From positions 1-55,979 of the forward strand of contig JBBIHX010000006.1 of NCBI GenBank assembly GCA_037446815.1: 55,979 nt of DNA, given 5' to 3'. Source of the stretch: Caldilineae bacterium (lineage in GTDB: Bacteria > Chloroflexota > Anaerolineae > DTLA01). The notes below the pieces were generated by a model. That model made no database searches. It had not been told where the DNA came from and saw only the letters and a program-made list of their open reading frames with translations. The translations under genes and the position numbers were made by a program. Below, piece by piece: positions 9,090 through 19,079 of this stretch (position 1 is its first letter; every line of letters begins with the position of its first letter).

Positions 9090-9705
9090 CGTTACGCTGC
9101 CCATTCGGCCCGACATGGTGGTGTGGCCAGGGGACGCGGCGGTGCGCGTGGAGCAGGTGCGGAGCCAGGCCGAGGGCGACCGCGCCAACGTCTCGGCCAT
9201 CCACATGGGCCTGCACACGGGGACGCACGTGGACGCGCCGTGCCACTTCATTGACGGCGCGGCAAGCGTGGATTCCCTGGCGTTGGACGCGCTCATCGGG
9301 CCGGCGTGGGTGGCAGACCTGGGAGCGGCAGGGGCGATTGCGGCGGAGGATTTGGCGCGCGCCGCGATACCCGAGAATGCGCAGCGGCTTCTTCTGAAGA
9401 CGCGCAATGGCCGCCTGTGGGCCGAGGACGCGTTTCGCGCCGATTTTGCCCATCTCACGCCGGACGCGGCCCGCTGGGTCGTAGACCACGGGATTCGCCT
9501 GGTTGGAGTGGATTACCTGTCGGTGGAAGCCTTTGGGGGCGACGGGGCTACTCACGAGATTCTGTTGGGGGCGGGTGTCGTCGTGGTTGAGGGGCTGAAC
9601 CTCTCCGAAGCGGCGCAGGGCTGGTATGGTTTGTACTGCCTGCCGCTGAAGGTGCTGGGCGGCGACGGCGCGCCTGCTCGCGTTGTGCTGATTTCCGAGG
9701 ACTGA
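9076..9705 (+). CDS. Cyclase/kynurenine formamidase family
   Basis: HTGTHVDAP.H, GVDYLSVE, VEGLNL; GTG after GGAGG. Confidence 0.88.
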   Translation: MRILDVTLPIRPDMVVWPGDAAVRVEQVRSQAEGDRANVSAIHMGLHTGTHVDAPCHFIDGAASVDSLALDALIGPAWVADLGAAGAIAAEDLARAAIPENAQRLLLKTRNGRLWAEDAFRADFAHLTPDAARWVVDHGIRLVGVDYLSVEAFGGDGATHEILLGAGVVVVEGLNLSEAAQGWYGLYCLPLKVLGGDGAPARVVLISED

Positions 9706-9735
9706 CCAAAGGTTGATTCCAGGGGGTGTGTCAAT

Positions 9736-10296
9736 ATGAAGCAAAACCGCGTACCGCCCGGGCAACGGGTTACCGATCGCTTCCCTGTGCTGCACTACGG
9801 CACGGTGCCGCGCTTTGATTTGGCCACGTGGACGCTCAGGGTGTTTGGGTTGGTGGAGCGAGAGAGGGTGTTCCGCTATGAGGAGTTCACGGCGCTGCCC
9901 ACAACCCGCATCGTGGCCGATATCCACTGCGTAACGGGCTGGAGCAAACTGGACACGGTGTGGGAAGGGGTGCTGTTCCGCGACCTGGCGGCGTTGGTGG
10001 TGCCGAAGCCAGACGCTCGCTACGTCATGTTCCACTGCGAACAGGGCTTCACGGCGAACCTGCCGCTGGAAGTCGCGATGGATGATGACGTACTCCTGGC
10101 ATGGCGATACGACGACAAGCCGCTGACGACGGAGCACGGCTACCCGCTGAGGGCGGTGGTGCCCAAGCGCTACTTCTGGAAAAGCGCCAAGTGGGTACGG
10201 GGCGTGGAGTTCATGGCGCAGGATAGGCTGGGGTTCTGGGAGCAGTACGGGTACAACAACAGCGCCGACCCATGGAAGGAAGAGCGGTACGCCTGA
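9736..10296 (+). CDS. Sulfite oxidase-like Moco oxidoreductase (YuiH/MsrP-like, no signal peptide)
   Basis: [30 protein letters not shown]. Confidence 0.88.
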   Translation: MKQNRVPPGQRVTDRFPVLHYGTVPRFDLATWTLRVFGLVERERVFRYEEFTALPTTRIVADIHCVTGWSKLDTVWEGVLFRDLAALVVPKPDARYVMFHCEQGFTANLPLEVAMDDDVLLAWRYDDKPLTTEHGYPLRAVVPKRYFWKSAKWVRGVEFMAQDRLGFWEQYGYNNSADPWKEERYA

Positions 10297-10313
10297 GGCC
10301 GGCGGGACGCGGG

Positions 10314-10862
10314 TTAGCGCGGGGCATCGGCGGCGGACAAGGCCCGGCGGATGCAGGCAGCGGCCCATGCAGGGACGGCGTCGCGCGATTGTGGCGTTAC
10401 GATGCGGAGTTCGGCGCCGGGCGTTCGCTTGATTTCGTCGGCCACGGGATGCGGCTTCAGCATGATGGTGGCCAGGACGGGCTTCGGCGAGGCGATGGCG
10501 GCCTGTACGGCGTCGCGAAAGGCCGATGAGAAGAGTTCCATCTTGCCGATTTCATCAATGACTACAAAGTCGGCGACGCGGAGGGCTTCGCGAATGGACG
10601 CGACGCCTGTCTGCTCCAGGGCGTGAAGATTCACGCCGTACTTCCCGACGCGGAAGGGCGACTGTATCGCGACATGGGCCAGCACGGCCGTTTCGCCGCT
10701 CGTGGTGCGGAGTTCAAACCCCATGCGGATGCCGGCGGCGTCGCGTATCTCCCGAGTTGTGAAGCCGCCTGATCTCAGGTCTGCCAGAGCCTCTAGCGTT
10801 CGCTGCACAACGGTGGTTTTGCCCGACCCGGGGAGGCCGGTGAGCAGGATGAGTTTTCCCAT
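10314..10862 (-). CDS. THEP1-like nucleoside triphosphatase
   Basis: GLPGSGKT, GGFTT.E, VGKY.V, IDEIGKME. Confidence 0.9.
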   Translation of the reverse strand: MGKLILLTGLPGSGKTTVVQRTLEALADLRSGGFTTREIRDAAGIRMGFELRTTSGETAVLAHVAIQSPFRVGKYGVNLHALEQTGVASIREALRVADFVVIDEIGKMELFSSAFRDAVQAAIASPKPVLATIMLKPHPVADEIKRTPGAELRIVTPQSRDAVPAWAAACIRRALSAADAPR

Positions 10863-10897
10863 GACGTGCTCCGAAGGCTATGAGTGCGCCGGCGCCG

Positions 10898-11044
10898 GAC
10901 TCGGTTGCATTGTGTTGGTCGGCCAGTGCGCCGGCTCTCCCTTTGGCATGTTGAGCGGAAGGCGAAGCCTCTCGGTTGCCGAGATTCTTCGCCCTTCGCC
11001 GCTCAGAATGACGGCAGACACCGACAGACTGCTGGTACGGGTTG
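10898..11044. repeat. Degenerate inverted copy of the MITE/REP family
   Basis: GACTCGGTTGCATTGTGTTGGTC left end; core CGAGATTCTTCGC..GCTCAGAATGAC. Confidence 0.7.
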
Positions 11045-11108
11045 CATCCTACGCCGACGTCAAGTATACTGCCTGTGTTCGCGGCAATTGTCAAGCAACG
11101 AGGGCGAT

Positions 11109-11714
11109 ATGCGGGAGATATCCTGCGCGGTGCTTGCCGGAGGGACGAGTTCTCGCTTCGGCAGGGACAAGGCGCTGCTGCAAGTCGGCAACCAGACGCT
11201 GATTCAGCGGGTTGTGGATCGGCTGAGCAGAATCTCTGACGACGTGATGATCGTGGGCAACAACCTCGGCCGCTTTGATGGCACGGGCGCGCGCCTGGTT
11301 GAGGACTTGGTGAAAGGCGCAGGCGCGCTGGGCGGCGTGTACACGGCGGTGGAGGCTTGCCGATATCCGCGCGTGTTCTGCGCCGCCTGCGACATGCCTT
11401 TTCTGGATTTGAACCTGATTCGCTACATGATTCTCCTGTCGCCTGGGCATGATGTTGTCATGCCCTACGTGCGGGGGGAGCCCGAGCCCCTGCACGCCAT
11501 CTACGGCAAGACCTGCGCGCGAGCGATGAAGGCCGCGCTGGAGGCGGGCGAGCGGCGGATTATCTCGTTCTTGCCACAGGTGCGCGTGCGGACTGTCGGC
11601 GAGGATGAAATCCGAATTCTGGACCCGGAGTTCCGCTCCTTTTTCAACCTCAATGTCCCGGACGACTGGAATCGGCTGCTGGTGCTTCTTCAGGAAGGCA
11701 AAACCGAAGGATAA
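11109..11714 (+). CDS. mobA: Molybdenum cofactor guanylyltransferase
   Basis: LAGG.SSRFG.DKA, ACDMPF, EPLHAIY, FFNLN. Confidence 0.9.
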   Translation: MREISCAVLAGGTSSRFGRDKALLQVGNQTLIQRVVDRLSRISDDVMIVGNNLGRFDGTGARLVEDLVKGAGALGGVYTAVEACRYPRVFCAACDMPFLDLNLIRYMILLSPGHDVVMPYVRGEPEPLHAIYGKTCARAMKAALEAGERRIISFLPQVRVRTVGEDEIRILDPEFRSFFNLNVPDDWNRLLVLLQEGKTEG

Positions 11715-11731
11715 CATACAAGGAGGCTGTC

Positions 11732-12151
11732 ATGGCAAAAGAGGCCAAAGTTCGTTGGGTGAGCGGGATGCAATTCGTGGGGGAGACCGGTTCAGGCCAT
11801 GCGATTGTACTGGATGCGCCGACACCCGGAGGGCGAAACACCGGGGCGAGTCCCATGGAGTTGCTCCTGGTGGGGTTGGCGGGCTGCACGGCGATGGATG
11901 TGGTGAACATCCTGAGCAAGAAACGCCAGCCCTTCCACGGGGTGGAGGTTCACGCCCACGGCGTGCAGCGGGATGAACCGCCGAATTACTACACCGACAT
12001 CCATCTGGAATACGTAGTGTACGGAAAGGGCGTGTCGGAAAAGGCTGTGGAACAGGCCATTGCGCTATCGGAGGAGAAATACTGTTCCGCGGCGGCGATG
12101 ATGAACAAGGTGGCCAACATCACGACATCTTTTCGCATCGTTGAGGAGTAG
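11732..12151 (+). CDS. OsmC/YhfA family protein
   Basis: SPMELLL.GLAGCTAMDV, EKYCS. Confidence 0.88.
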   Translation: MAKEAKVRWVSGMQFVGETGSGHAIVLDAPTPGGRNTGASPMELLLVGLAGCTAMDVVNILSKKRQPFHGVEVHAHGVQRDEPPNYYTDIHLEYVVYGKGVSEKAVEQAIALSEEKYCSAAAMMNKVANITTSFRIVEE

Positions 12152-12166
12152 GGCAGAGGTAGTGCA

Positions 12167-14926
12167 ATGCCACAAGTGAATCTGCAAGTCAACGGCGACT
12201 GGCGTGTGATTGACGTTGGCGAGAAGGAATCCCTGCTGGACGTGCTCCGAGAGCGGCTGCGCCTGACCGGCACGAAAAACGGGTGCGGCGAAGGGCATTG
12301 CGGGGCGTGCACGGTGATTGTGGACGGCAAGGCCCGCCGCGCCTGCATCGCCCGCGCCGCAAGGCTGGATGGGAGCACTGTTTGGACGGTTGAAGGGCTG
12401 GCCCAACAGGGGCATCTCCACCCGGTGCAGCAGGCTTTCGTGGCAACCGGGGCCATCCAGTGCGGGTTCTGCACGCCGGGCATGATCATGGCCGCCAAGG
12501 CGCTCCTGGACGAGAATCCGCATCCGACGCGGGACGAGATACGAGAGGCGCTGAAGAACAATCTGTGCCGGTGCACGGGCTATGTGAAAATCGTTGAGGC
12601 GGTGGAACTGGCGGCAGAACTGATGGCGGGGCAACGCGCTGTGGAACAGGTCGGCGGTTCGGGCGTGGGCCGGTCGGTCGCGCGCCCAGATGCCGTCGCT
12701 AAGGCGCGGGGCGAGGCCCGATACGCAGCCGATTTGTTCTTTGAGGGGATGCTGCACGGTGCGGTCTTGCGGAGCGAATACCCGCATGCGCGGCTTGTTC
12801 GGGTGGACGTGAGCGAGGCGCGCGCCATGCCCGGCGTGCACGCGGTCCTGACGGCAGACGATGTGCCCGGACGCAAGAGCCATGGGCTGGTGGTGGAGGA
12901 TTGGCCGGTATTCGCGTGGGATAAGGTGCGGTATGTGGGCGATGCCATCGCTGCCGTTGCCGCGGAGACGCCCGAGATCGCACGCGCGGCGCTTGGACGC
13001 ATCCGCGTTGAGTACGAGCCGCTGCCCGTGGTTACCGATCCCGTGGAGGCGCTGGAGGAAGGCGCGCCGAACGTGCACGAGAAGGGCAACCTGGTCTCCG
13101 AGGCGCGCGTCCTACGGGGGGACGTAGCGCAGGCGTTCCGAGAGGCCGCGGTCGTGGTGGAGCAGACCTATGAGACGCCGTTCAACGAGCACGCTTTCTT
13201 GGAGCCGGAGACATCCGTGGCGGTGCCCCGCGAGGATGGCGGAATCACGATCTACGTGGGCTCGCAGATTCCATTCTCGGACCAGGCGCAGGTCGCCGCG
13301 TCGCTGGCGTTGCCGATGGAGAAGGTGCGCATCATCCAGACGGCGGTGGGGGGCGCGTTTGGGGGCAAGGAGGATATCAGCACGCAGATTCACGCGGCGC
13401 TGTTGGCCCAGGCAACGGGTAGGCCCGTGAAATTGACCCTGTCGCGGCGCGAGTCCATTCGGGTGCATCCAAAGCGCCATGCGACACGCATCTGGCTGAA
13501 GACCGCGGCGGCGGCGGATGGGCGCTTGCTGGCCGTCCAGGCGCGGATTTGGGGGGACACCGGCGCGTATGCATCCTTGGGGCCCCATGTGATTCGCCGC
13601 GCGGCTACGCACGTCTCTGGCCCGTATGCGATTCCGAATGCGGATATCGTCTCGTACACGGTGTACACGAACAACCCGCCGGCCGGCGCGTTCCGAGGGT
13701 TCGGGGCGACGCAGGCCCATTTCGCGGCCGAGTGCCAGATGGACATCCTCGCCGAGCGGCTTGGCATGTCGCCGCTGGAGATTCGGCGGAGAAACGCGCT
13801 TCGGGTGGGCGCTACAACGGCGACGGGGCAGGTCTTGCGAGAGAGCGTGGGGCTGCCGGCCACAATAGAGCGCGCGGTGACTGCAATCCCCGAGGCCCGG
13901 ACACTGGGCGATGCGCGACGGGCATGGGAGCGTGGCGGCCCGCAAGGGCAGAAGGCGCGCGGCTGGGGTATGGCGTGCGCGTTCAAGAACGTGGGTCTCG
14001 GGGGAGGAGTGGCGGACTCGGCCGGGGCCGAAGTGGAACTGTGCAGCGACGGCGCGCTGGAGGTGCGCATCGGCGCGGCAGAGGTCGGGCAGGGGCTCGT
14101 GTCCGTTGCCAGCCAAATCGCGGGTGAGGTGCTGGGGGCACGGCCGGATGAGATTCGCGTAGTGATAGGGGATACAGATTTGACGCCCGATGGCGGCGCA
14201 ACCACCGCATCCCGGCAGACGTTCATCACCGGGAACGCCGTTCGCCTTGCGGCCCTGGACCTGAAGGCGATGCTGGCGCAGACGGCGGCGGAGATGCTGG
14301 ACGTGGCGCCGGATGCCGTGGAATTTGCGGATGGACACGCGGAAGGCGGGGGGCGGCGCGTGAGTTTGGCAGCCCTCGCGGAGGCGGCGGCGCGCGAGGG
14401 CCGTCGGCTCGTTGTGCGACGGGTGTACACGCCGCCTCGGACGGTGCCGCTGGGTCAGGAGGGCGACGTGCACTTCGCGTATGGGTATGCGACGCAGGTT
14501 GCCGAGGTGGAAGTGGATTTGGAGACCGGCGAGGTTCGCGTGTTGCGCATCGTCGCGGCGCACGATGTGGGCAAGGCGATCAATCCGAGGGCAGTGGAGG
14601 GCCAGATTGAGGGCGGCGTGGTGATGGGAGTCGGCCTTGCGTTGAAGGAGGAACTTGTCTTGGAGCAGGGGAGGGTGATTTCGGACACGCTCGCCAAGTA
14701 CAGGATCCCGACGGTGCATGATGTTCCCGAAGTCATGCCCATTCTTGTTGAGTCGCCGGCGGCGGAGGGGCCGTTCGGGGCGAAGGGCGTGGGCGAGATT
14801 CCTTCCATCGCGACGGTGCCCGCCATCGTGAATGCCATCTACGACGCCACGGGCGTGCGGCTGACGCGAATCCCGATTCGCAGCGAGCAGTTGCGCGAGG
14901 CGATTCGGGCAAGGCAGGGCCGGTGA
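12167..14926 (+). CDS. Xanthine dehydrogenase/aldehyde oxidoreductase family, fused 2Fe-2S and Mo subunit
   Basis: GCGEGHCGAC, QCGFC, NLCRCTGY, GGAFGGKE, AFRGFG, AKGVGE. Confidence 0.92.
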   Translation: MPQVNLQVNGDWRVIDVGEKESLLDVLRERLRLTGTKNGCGEGHCGACTVIVDGKARRACIARAARLDGSTVWTVEGLAQQGHLHPVQQAFVATGAIQCGFCTPGMIMAAKALLDENPHPTRDEIREALKNNLCRCTGYVKIVEAVELAAELMAGQRAVEQVGGSGVGRSVARPDAVAKARGEARYAADLFFEGMLHGAVLRSEYPHARLVRVDVSEARAMPGVHAVLTADDVPGRKSHGLVVEDWPVFAWDKVRYVGDAIAAVAAETPEIARAALGRIRVEYEPLPVVTDPVEALEEGAPNVHEKGNLVSEARVLRGDVAQAFREAAVVVEQTYETPFNEHAFLEPETSVAVPREDGGITIYVGSQIPFSDQAQVAASLALPMEKVRIIQTAVGGAFGGKEDISTQIHAALLAQATGRPVKLTLSRRESIRVHPKRHATRIWLKTAAAADGRLLAVQARIWGDTGAYASLGPHVIRRAATHVSGPYAIPNADIVSYTVYTNNPPAGAFRGFGATQAHFAAECQMDILAERLGMSPLEIRRRNALRVGATTATGQVLRESVGLPATIERAVTAIPEARTLGDARRAWERGGPQGQKARGWGMACAFKNVGLGGGVADSAGAEVELCSDGALEVRIGAAEVGQGLVSVASQIAGEVLGARPDEIRVVIGDTDLTPDGGATTASRQTFITGNAVRLAALDLKAMLAQTAAEMLDVAPDAVEFADGHAEGGGRRVSLAALAEAAAREGRRLVVRRVYTPPRTVPLGQEGDVHFAYGYATQVAEVEVDLETGEVRVLRIVAAHDVGKAINPRAVEGQIEGGVVMGVGLALKEELVLEQGRVISDTLAKYRIPTVHDVPEVMPILVESPAAEGPFGAKGVGEIPSIATVPAIVNAIYDATGVRLTRIPIRSEQLREAIRARQGR

Positions 14927-14961
14927 TGTCGCGGAGTCCGATACACTCTTGGGGGTACGAG

Positions 14962-16215
14962 ATGATCACGGTAGAAGAAGCGTATGAACGAATCCTGCAG
15001 GCGTTCCATCCTTTGGAGCCGGAGCCTGTGCCCTTGCTGGAGGGCCTTGGCCGGGTTCTCGCAGAAGATGTGTATGCAGATGTGAACATCCCGCCTTTCG
15101 CGAATTCGGCGATGGACGGATACGCGGTGCGGGCAGCCGATACGGCGGGCGCGAGCCGCGAGAATCCCGTTCGGCTGAAGGTGAAGGGGACGCTGGCCGC
15201 GGGGCAAGCGCCCGTGGAGGCCGTGGAACCGGGGACGGCCATCCGCATCATGACAGGCGCGCCCATGCCGCCCGGCGCCGACGCGGTCGTGCGATTTGAG
15301 AATACCTCCGAGGGGGAGGGGAATGCGCGAATGATCGGCGCGGCCCACGAGGAGGAGGTGGCGATCTACGTGCCGGTCGCCGTGCACGAGAACGTGCGCC
15401 CGGCGGGGGAAGACATCCACGCCGGTGAGAAGGTGCTCGCTGCCGGGACGGAGATGCGCCCCGCGGAACTCGGGGTGCTGGCGTCGGTGGGCCGGACGCA
15501 GTTCATGGCGTATCGCCGGCCGAGGGTGGCCGTGCTGGCGACCGGCGACGAACTGGTGGAACCGGATGAGCCGTTGACTCCAGGGAAGATTCGCAACTCC
15601 AACGCGTACACGAACGCGGCTCTGGTGCGGAAATACGGGGGCATTCCTATCGTGCTCGGCATCGCCCGCGACACTGTGGCAGCCCTGACGGCGAAATTGC
15701 AGCAGGCCGTGGACTTGAAGGTGGACCTGATTCTGACGTCCGCGGGCGTGTCCGTTGGCGAGTACGACGTCGTCAAAGATGTGCTGAACGCGCTGGGCCA
15801 AATTGACTTCTGGCAGGTGCGCATGAAGCCGGGCAAGCCGCTGGCTTTCGGCCATATTCAGGGGATTCCTCTCATCGGGTTTCCGGGGAACCCCGTGTCA
15901 TCCATGGTGTCGTTTGAGCGGTTCGCCCGACCCGCGATTCTCAAGATGCAGGGCCGACGCAAACTCCGCAAGCCCGTCATCCGCGCGGTCCTTCGTGAGG
16001 ATGTGAAGGGGGGCGACCGCCGTGAGTTCAAACGGGCGATTGTGGAAAGAGCGGGTAACGTCTATTATGCGCGTTTGACGGGCGACCAGGGTTCTGGAAT
16101 CCTTACGTCCATGGTGAAGGCAAACGGGCTGGCGATTGTCCCTGAGGGCACCAAGGTTCTCCGCGCTGGGGAGGAGATTGCGGTAGAAATGTTGGACTGG
16201 CCGGAGGAGGAATAG
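14962..16215 (+). CDS. moeA: Molybdopterin molybdotransferase
   Basis: NSAMDGYA, IMTGAP.P, TGDEL, KPGKP, PGNPVS. Confidence 0.93.
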   Translation: MITVEEAYERILQAFHPLEPEPVPLLEGLGRVLAEDVYADVNIPPFANSAMDGYAVRAADTAGASRENPVRLKVKGTLAAGQAPVEAVEPGTAIRIMTGAPMPPGADAVVRFENTSEGEGNARMIGAAHEEEVAIYVPVAVHENVRPAGEDIHAGEKVLAAGTEMRPAELGVLASVGRTQFMAYRRPRVAVLATGDELVEPDEPLTPGKIRNSNAYTNAALVRKYGGIPIVLGIARDTVAALTAKLQQAVDLKVDLILTSAGVSVGEYDVVKDVLNALGQIDFWQVRMKPGKPLAFGHIQGIPLIGFPGNPVSSMVSFERFARPAILKMQGRRKLRKPVIRAVLREDVKGGDRREFKRAIVERAGNVYYARLTGDQGSGILTSMVKANGLAIVPEGTKVLRAGEEIAVEMLDWPEEE

Positions 16216-16216
16216 C

Positions 16217-16738
16217 ATGTCTAGGCCGCCGATCGTGTCGGTTGTGGGGATTTCCAATGTGGGCAAGACGACGCTGGTGGTGAAGTTGGTTCGTGAACTG
16301 AAGGCGCGCGGGTACCGGGTGGCTACCATCAAGCACGATGTGCACGGGTTTCAGATGGACACGCCGGGCAAGGATTCCTGGAAGCATGCGGAGGCGGGCA
16401 GCGATTGTGTCGTTGTCGCTTCTCCGGATAGGCTCGCGATGATCCGCCGCCTGGATCGCGAGTTGACAGTGGATGAGATCGTGGCTACCCTTCCGGATGT
16501 GGATATCGTCTTGACCGAGGGCTACAAGCGCGGGGATAAGCCGAAGATTGAGGTTTCGCGGGCGGCAAAGGGCAAGACGTTGCTGTGCTCGGAGGATGAA
16601 CTCATCGCCCTGGCGACCGACCAGCCCCACGATGTCAATGTGCCGCAGTTTGATTTGGATGATGCATCGGGGATTGTGGACCTTCTTGAGCGACTTTACC
16701 TTCGGCAACGGAGGCAAACGACAGGAGGTGCAACATGA
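16217..16738 (+). CDS. mobB: Molybdopterin-guanine dinucleotide biosynthesis protein B
   Basis: GISNVGKTT, IKHD.H, PGKDS, EGYK. Confidence 0.9.
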   Translation: MSRPPIVSVVGISNVGKTTLVVKLVRELKARGYRVATIKHDVHGFQMDTPGKDSWKHAEAGSDCVVVASPDRLAMIRRLDRELTVDEIVATLPDVDIVLTEGYKRGDKPKIEVSRAAKGKTLLCSEDELIALATDQPHDVNVPQFDLDDASGIVDLLERLYLRQRRQTTGGAT

Positions 16739-16956
16739 CAAGGGTGCGATGTCTGAACCGCAGGTGCACACTGAACGAGCGGGGGACGTGCAGCGCAACG
16801 GAGATTGACCTGGACCACGACGGGCAATGCGAGACAGCCGAGGAGATTCTGGAGGACGACGAAGAACTGGAGTCGCCTCTGGATGAGGAAGACCTGGACG
16901 ATTGGGACGAGGAAGAGGAGGAGGAAGAAGAAGACTGGCAGGACGAACCTTTCTAG
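16735..16956 (+). CDS. Small 4-Cys protein (DUF1540-like) with strongly acidic tail
   Basis: CLNRRCTLN..CSA..C then D/E run; SD GGAGG; ATGA overlap with mobB. Confidence 0.7.
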   Translation: MTRVRCLNRRCTLNERGTCSATEIDLDHDGQCETAEEILEDDEELESPLDEEDLDDWDEEEEEEEEDWQDEPF

Positions 16957-17004
16957 GGGGAACCCGCAGTTCGGTGGCGAGTAACTTGCTGGAGGAGAAC
17001 GCTC

Positions 17005-18966
17005 ATGGATGCGGATACGCTTTTCGCCGGCGGCACCGTGATTACGATGGACGCGCAACGGAGGGTAGTTCGGGATGGGGCCGTGGCTGTGCGGGACGGC
17101 CGGATTGTCGCCGTCGGGAAGTTGGACGATGTCCGCACCCACTGGGCGGCGCGAGAGGTGAGAGACTGCGGCGGCTGCATCATCATGCCGGGGCTGGTGA
17201 ATACACACACGCATCTGCCCATGAGCCTGTTGCGCGGGCTGGTGGATGACCTGCGGCTGGACGTGTGGCTCTACGGATACATGCTTCCGGTGGAGCGAGA
17301 GTTTGTAAACGAGCACTTCTGCCGCGTGGGAACATTGCTTTCGTGCGCGGAACTCATCCGCTCGGGGGTTACGTGCCTGGCCGACATGTACTACTACGAG
17401 GACACCATCGCGGAGACGGTGGCCGAGGTCGGGCTGCGGGGCGTCTGCGCCGAGACCATCATGAAGATTCCCACCCCCGACGCGGGGAGTTACGACGAGA
17501 GCCTGGACTACGCCCAGCGGTACGTGGAGAAGTGGCGGGGCAATCCGCTGATTACGCCTGCGTTTGGGCCTCATTCGGTATACCTTTGCACGCCCGAGAT
17601 TCTTCACGCGATTTCCATGTTGAGCCTGAAGTACGACGTTCCGCAACTGATCCACATTGCCGAGACCGAGTTGGAAGTGCGGGAACTGATGGAGAAACTG
17701 GGCGAGCTGCCCGTGGTGTGGATGCAGAAACAAGGGCTTCTCGTGGGCAAGATGCTGGTGGCGCACGGGGTTCACCTCGCGGATGCGGAGATGCGCCTGC
17801 TGGCAGAGCGACACATCGGCGTCGCGCACAACCCCACGAGCAACCTGAAACTGGCCAGCGGGGTTGCGCGGGTTACCGCGCTGCGGCAGGCCGGGGTTGC
17901 CGTGGGGCTGGGCACCGACGGCTGCGCCAGCAACAACGACTTGGACATGTTTGAGGAGATGCGGCTGGCTGCGTTGCTGCCCAAGGGCGTTTCCGGCGAC
18001 CCCACCGCGGTGCCGGCCCTCACGGCTGTGGAGATGGCCACCATAGAGGGCGCGCGGACTCTGTACCTGGATTCGGAGATTGGGTCGCTGGAGCCGGGGA
18101 AGTGGGCGGATGTCGTTGTGGTGAGCCTGGGCGGGGTGCACGAGACGCCGAAGTTCGCGTTGTCGGACAGCAACGCGTATTCGCAGTTGGTGTACGCGGC
18201 GAAGAGTTCCGACGTGCGGGATGTGGCCGTGGCGGGGCGGTTCCTGATGCGAGATGGCGAGTTGCTGACTGTGGATGTGGCCACGGTGCAGGCGGAGGCG
18301 GAGACCATCGCGGAGCGCATAGGCCGATTCCTGGCCGCGCGCGAGGAGAACCTGGTGGACAAGATCGTCGCAATCGGCGGCGTGGAGCAACAGGAGACCT
18401 TTGAGGTGCAGGTCAAGATTCGCATGCCCGATGAGAGCGCGCTGCGCCATCTGCTGGGCCACAAGGATGTCAGCGTCATCCGGGAGAGCGTGCGTCGTCA
18501 GTACGACACGTACTTCCTGTTTGACGACAGGGCCAAGGGCCACGTGCGGTATCGCGAGGACAACATGATTCAGCCGGATGGGTCGCTTGTGCCGCGTTAC
18601 GGGCTGACGTTGCGAGGGCCCACGGTGGAGCGCACCTACGAGAACTCGGTCATCCTATCGCGCTCTCGCTTCAGCGCCGTCGCCGACCGTTCCCTACGCT
18701 TCTATCGGGAATACTTCCAGCCTGACCGCATCAAGGAAGTCAACAAGGAGCGCAGGCGTTGGCGGATTCTGTACAAGGGCGTGGAATTTGAGGTGAACGC
18801 GGATCGCCTTTTCAAGCCCGTGTATGAAGATCTCTTCCTTGAAGTCAAGAGCCGCACCTGGTCGGCCAAGGATGCTTTGGTGAAGGCTGGGCTTATCGGC
18901 GAGATGCTGGAGATCATGGGCGTGACGCCCGAGCAGATCGTGCGCAAGGAGTACGTGGATTTCTGA
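17005..18966 (+). CDS. MTA/SAH-deaminase-like amidohydrolase fused to C-terminal CYTH domain
   Basis: NTHTH, HIAET, HGVH, SNLKLASG, GTDG; C-terminal EVQVK, QYDTYF, RYRE, KERRRW, FLEVK. Confidence 0.82.
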   Translation: MDADTLFAGGTVITMDAQRRVVRDGAVAVRDGRIVAVGKLDDVRTHWAAREVRDCGGCIIMPGLVNTHTHLPMSLLRGLVDDLRLDVWLYGYMLPVEREFVNEHFCRVGTLLSCAELIRSGVTCLADMYYYEDTIAETVAEVGLRGVCAETIMKIPTPDAGSYDESLDYAQRYVEKWRGNPLITPAFGPHSVYLCTPEILHAISMLSLKYDVPQLIHIAETELEVRELMEKLGELPVVWMQKQGLLVGKMLVAHGVHLADAEMRLLAERHIGVAHNPTSNLKLASGVARVTALRQAGVAVGLGTDGCASNNDLDMFEEMRLAALLPKGVSGDPTAVPALTAVEMATIEGARTLYLDSEIGSLEPGKWADVVVVSLGGVHETPKFALSDSNAYSQLVYAAKSSDVRDVAVAGRFLMRDGELLTVDVATVQAEAETIAERIGRFLAAREENLVDKIVAIGGVEQQETFEVQVKIRMPDESALRHLLGHKDVSVIRESVRRQYDTYFLFDDRAKGHVRYREDNMIQPDGSLVPRYGLTLRGPTVERTYENSVILSRSRFSAVADRSLRFYREYFQPDRIKEVNKERRRWRILYKGVEFEVNADRLFKPVYEDLFLEVKSRTWSAKDALVKAGLIGEMLEIMGVTPEQIVRKEYVDF

Positions 18967-18990
18967 CGCTCCGGTGGCGAAAGGTAGCGC

Positions 18991-19025
18991 AGAGGCCCTT
19001 CCGTCGGGGAAGGGCCTCTCTGTTT
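18991..19025. terminator. Hairpin between convergent genes
   Basis: AGAGGCCCTTCC..GGAAGGGCCTCT. Confidence 0.7.
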
Positions 19026-19079
19026 GTGTGCGTAGGTCGTGCTGCCTGGTTCGTCGGCGCGATTGGGATGGCGCCTGCG

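Noticed and set aside
10863..11108. Moco riboswitch upstream of mobA
   Set aside because: The structure is explained by the degenerate MITE/REP copy; no riboswitch consensus recognised
5750..14926. Selenocysteine recoding in the sulfur and Mo enzymes
   Set aside because: Catalytic positions are Cys codons and no in-frame TGA interrupts these ORFs
6232..18543. Long antisense ORFs (6232-8094, 8602-10368, 13112-14719, 16696-18543)
   Set aside because: Shadow frames of GC-rich genes with no recognisable motifs
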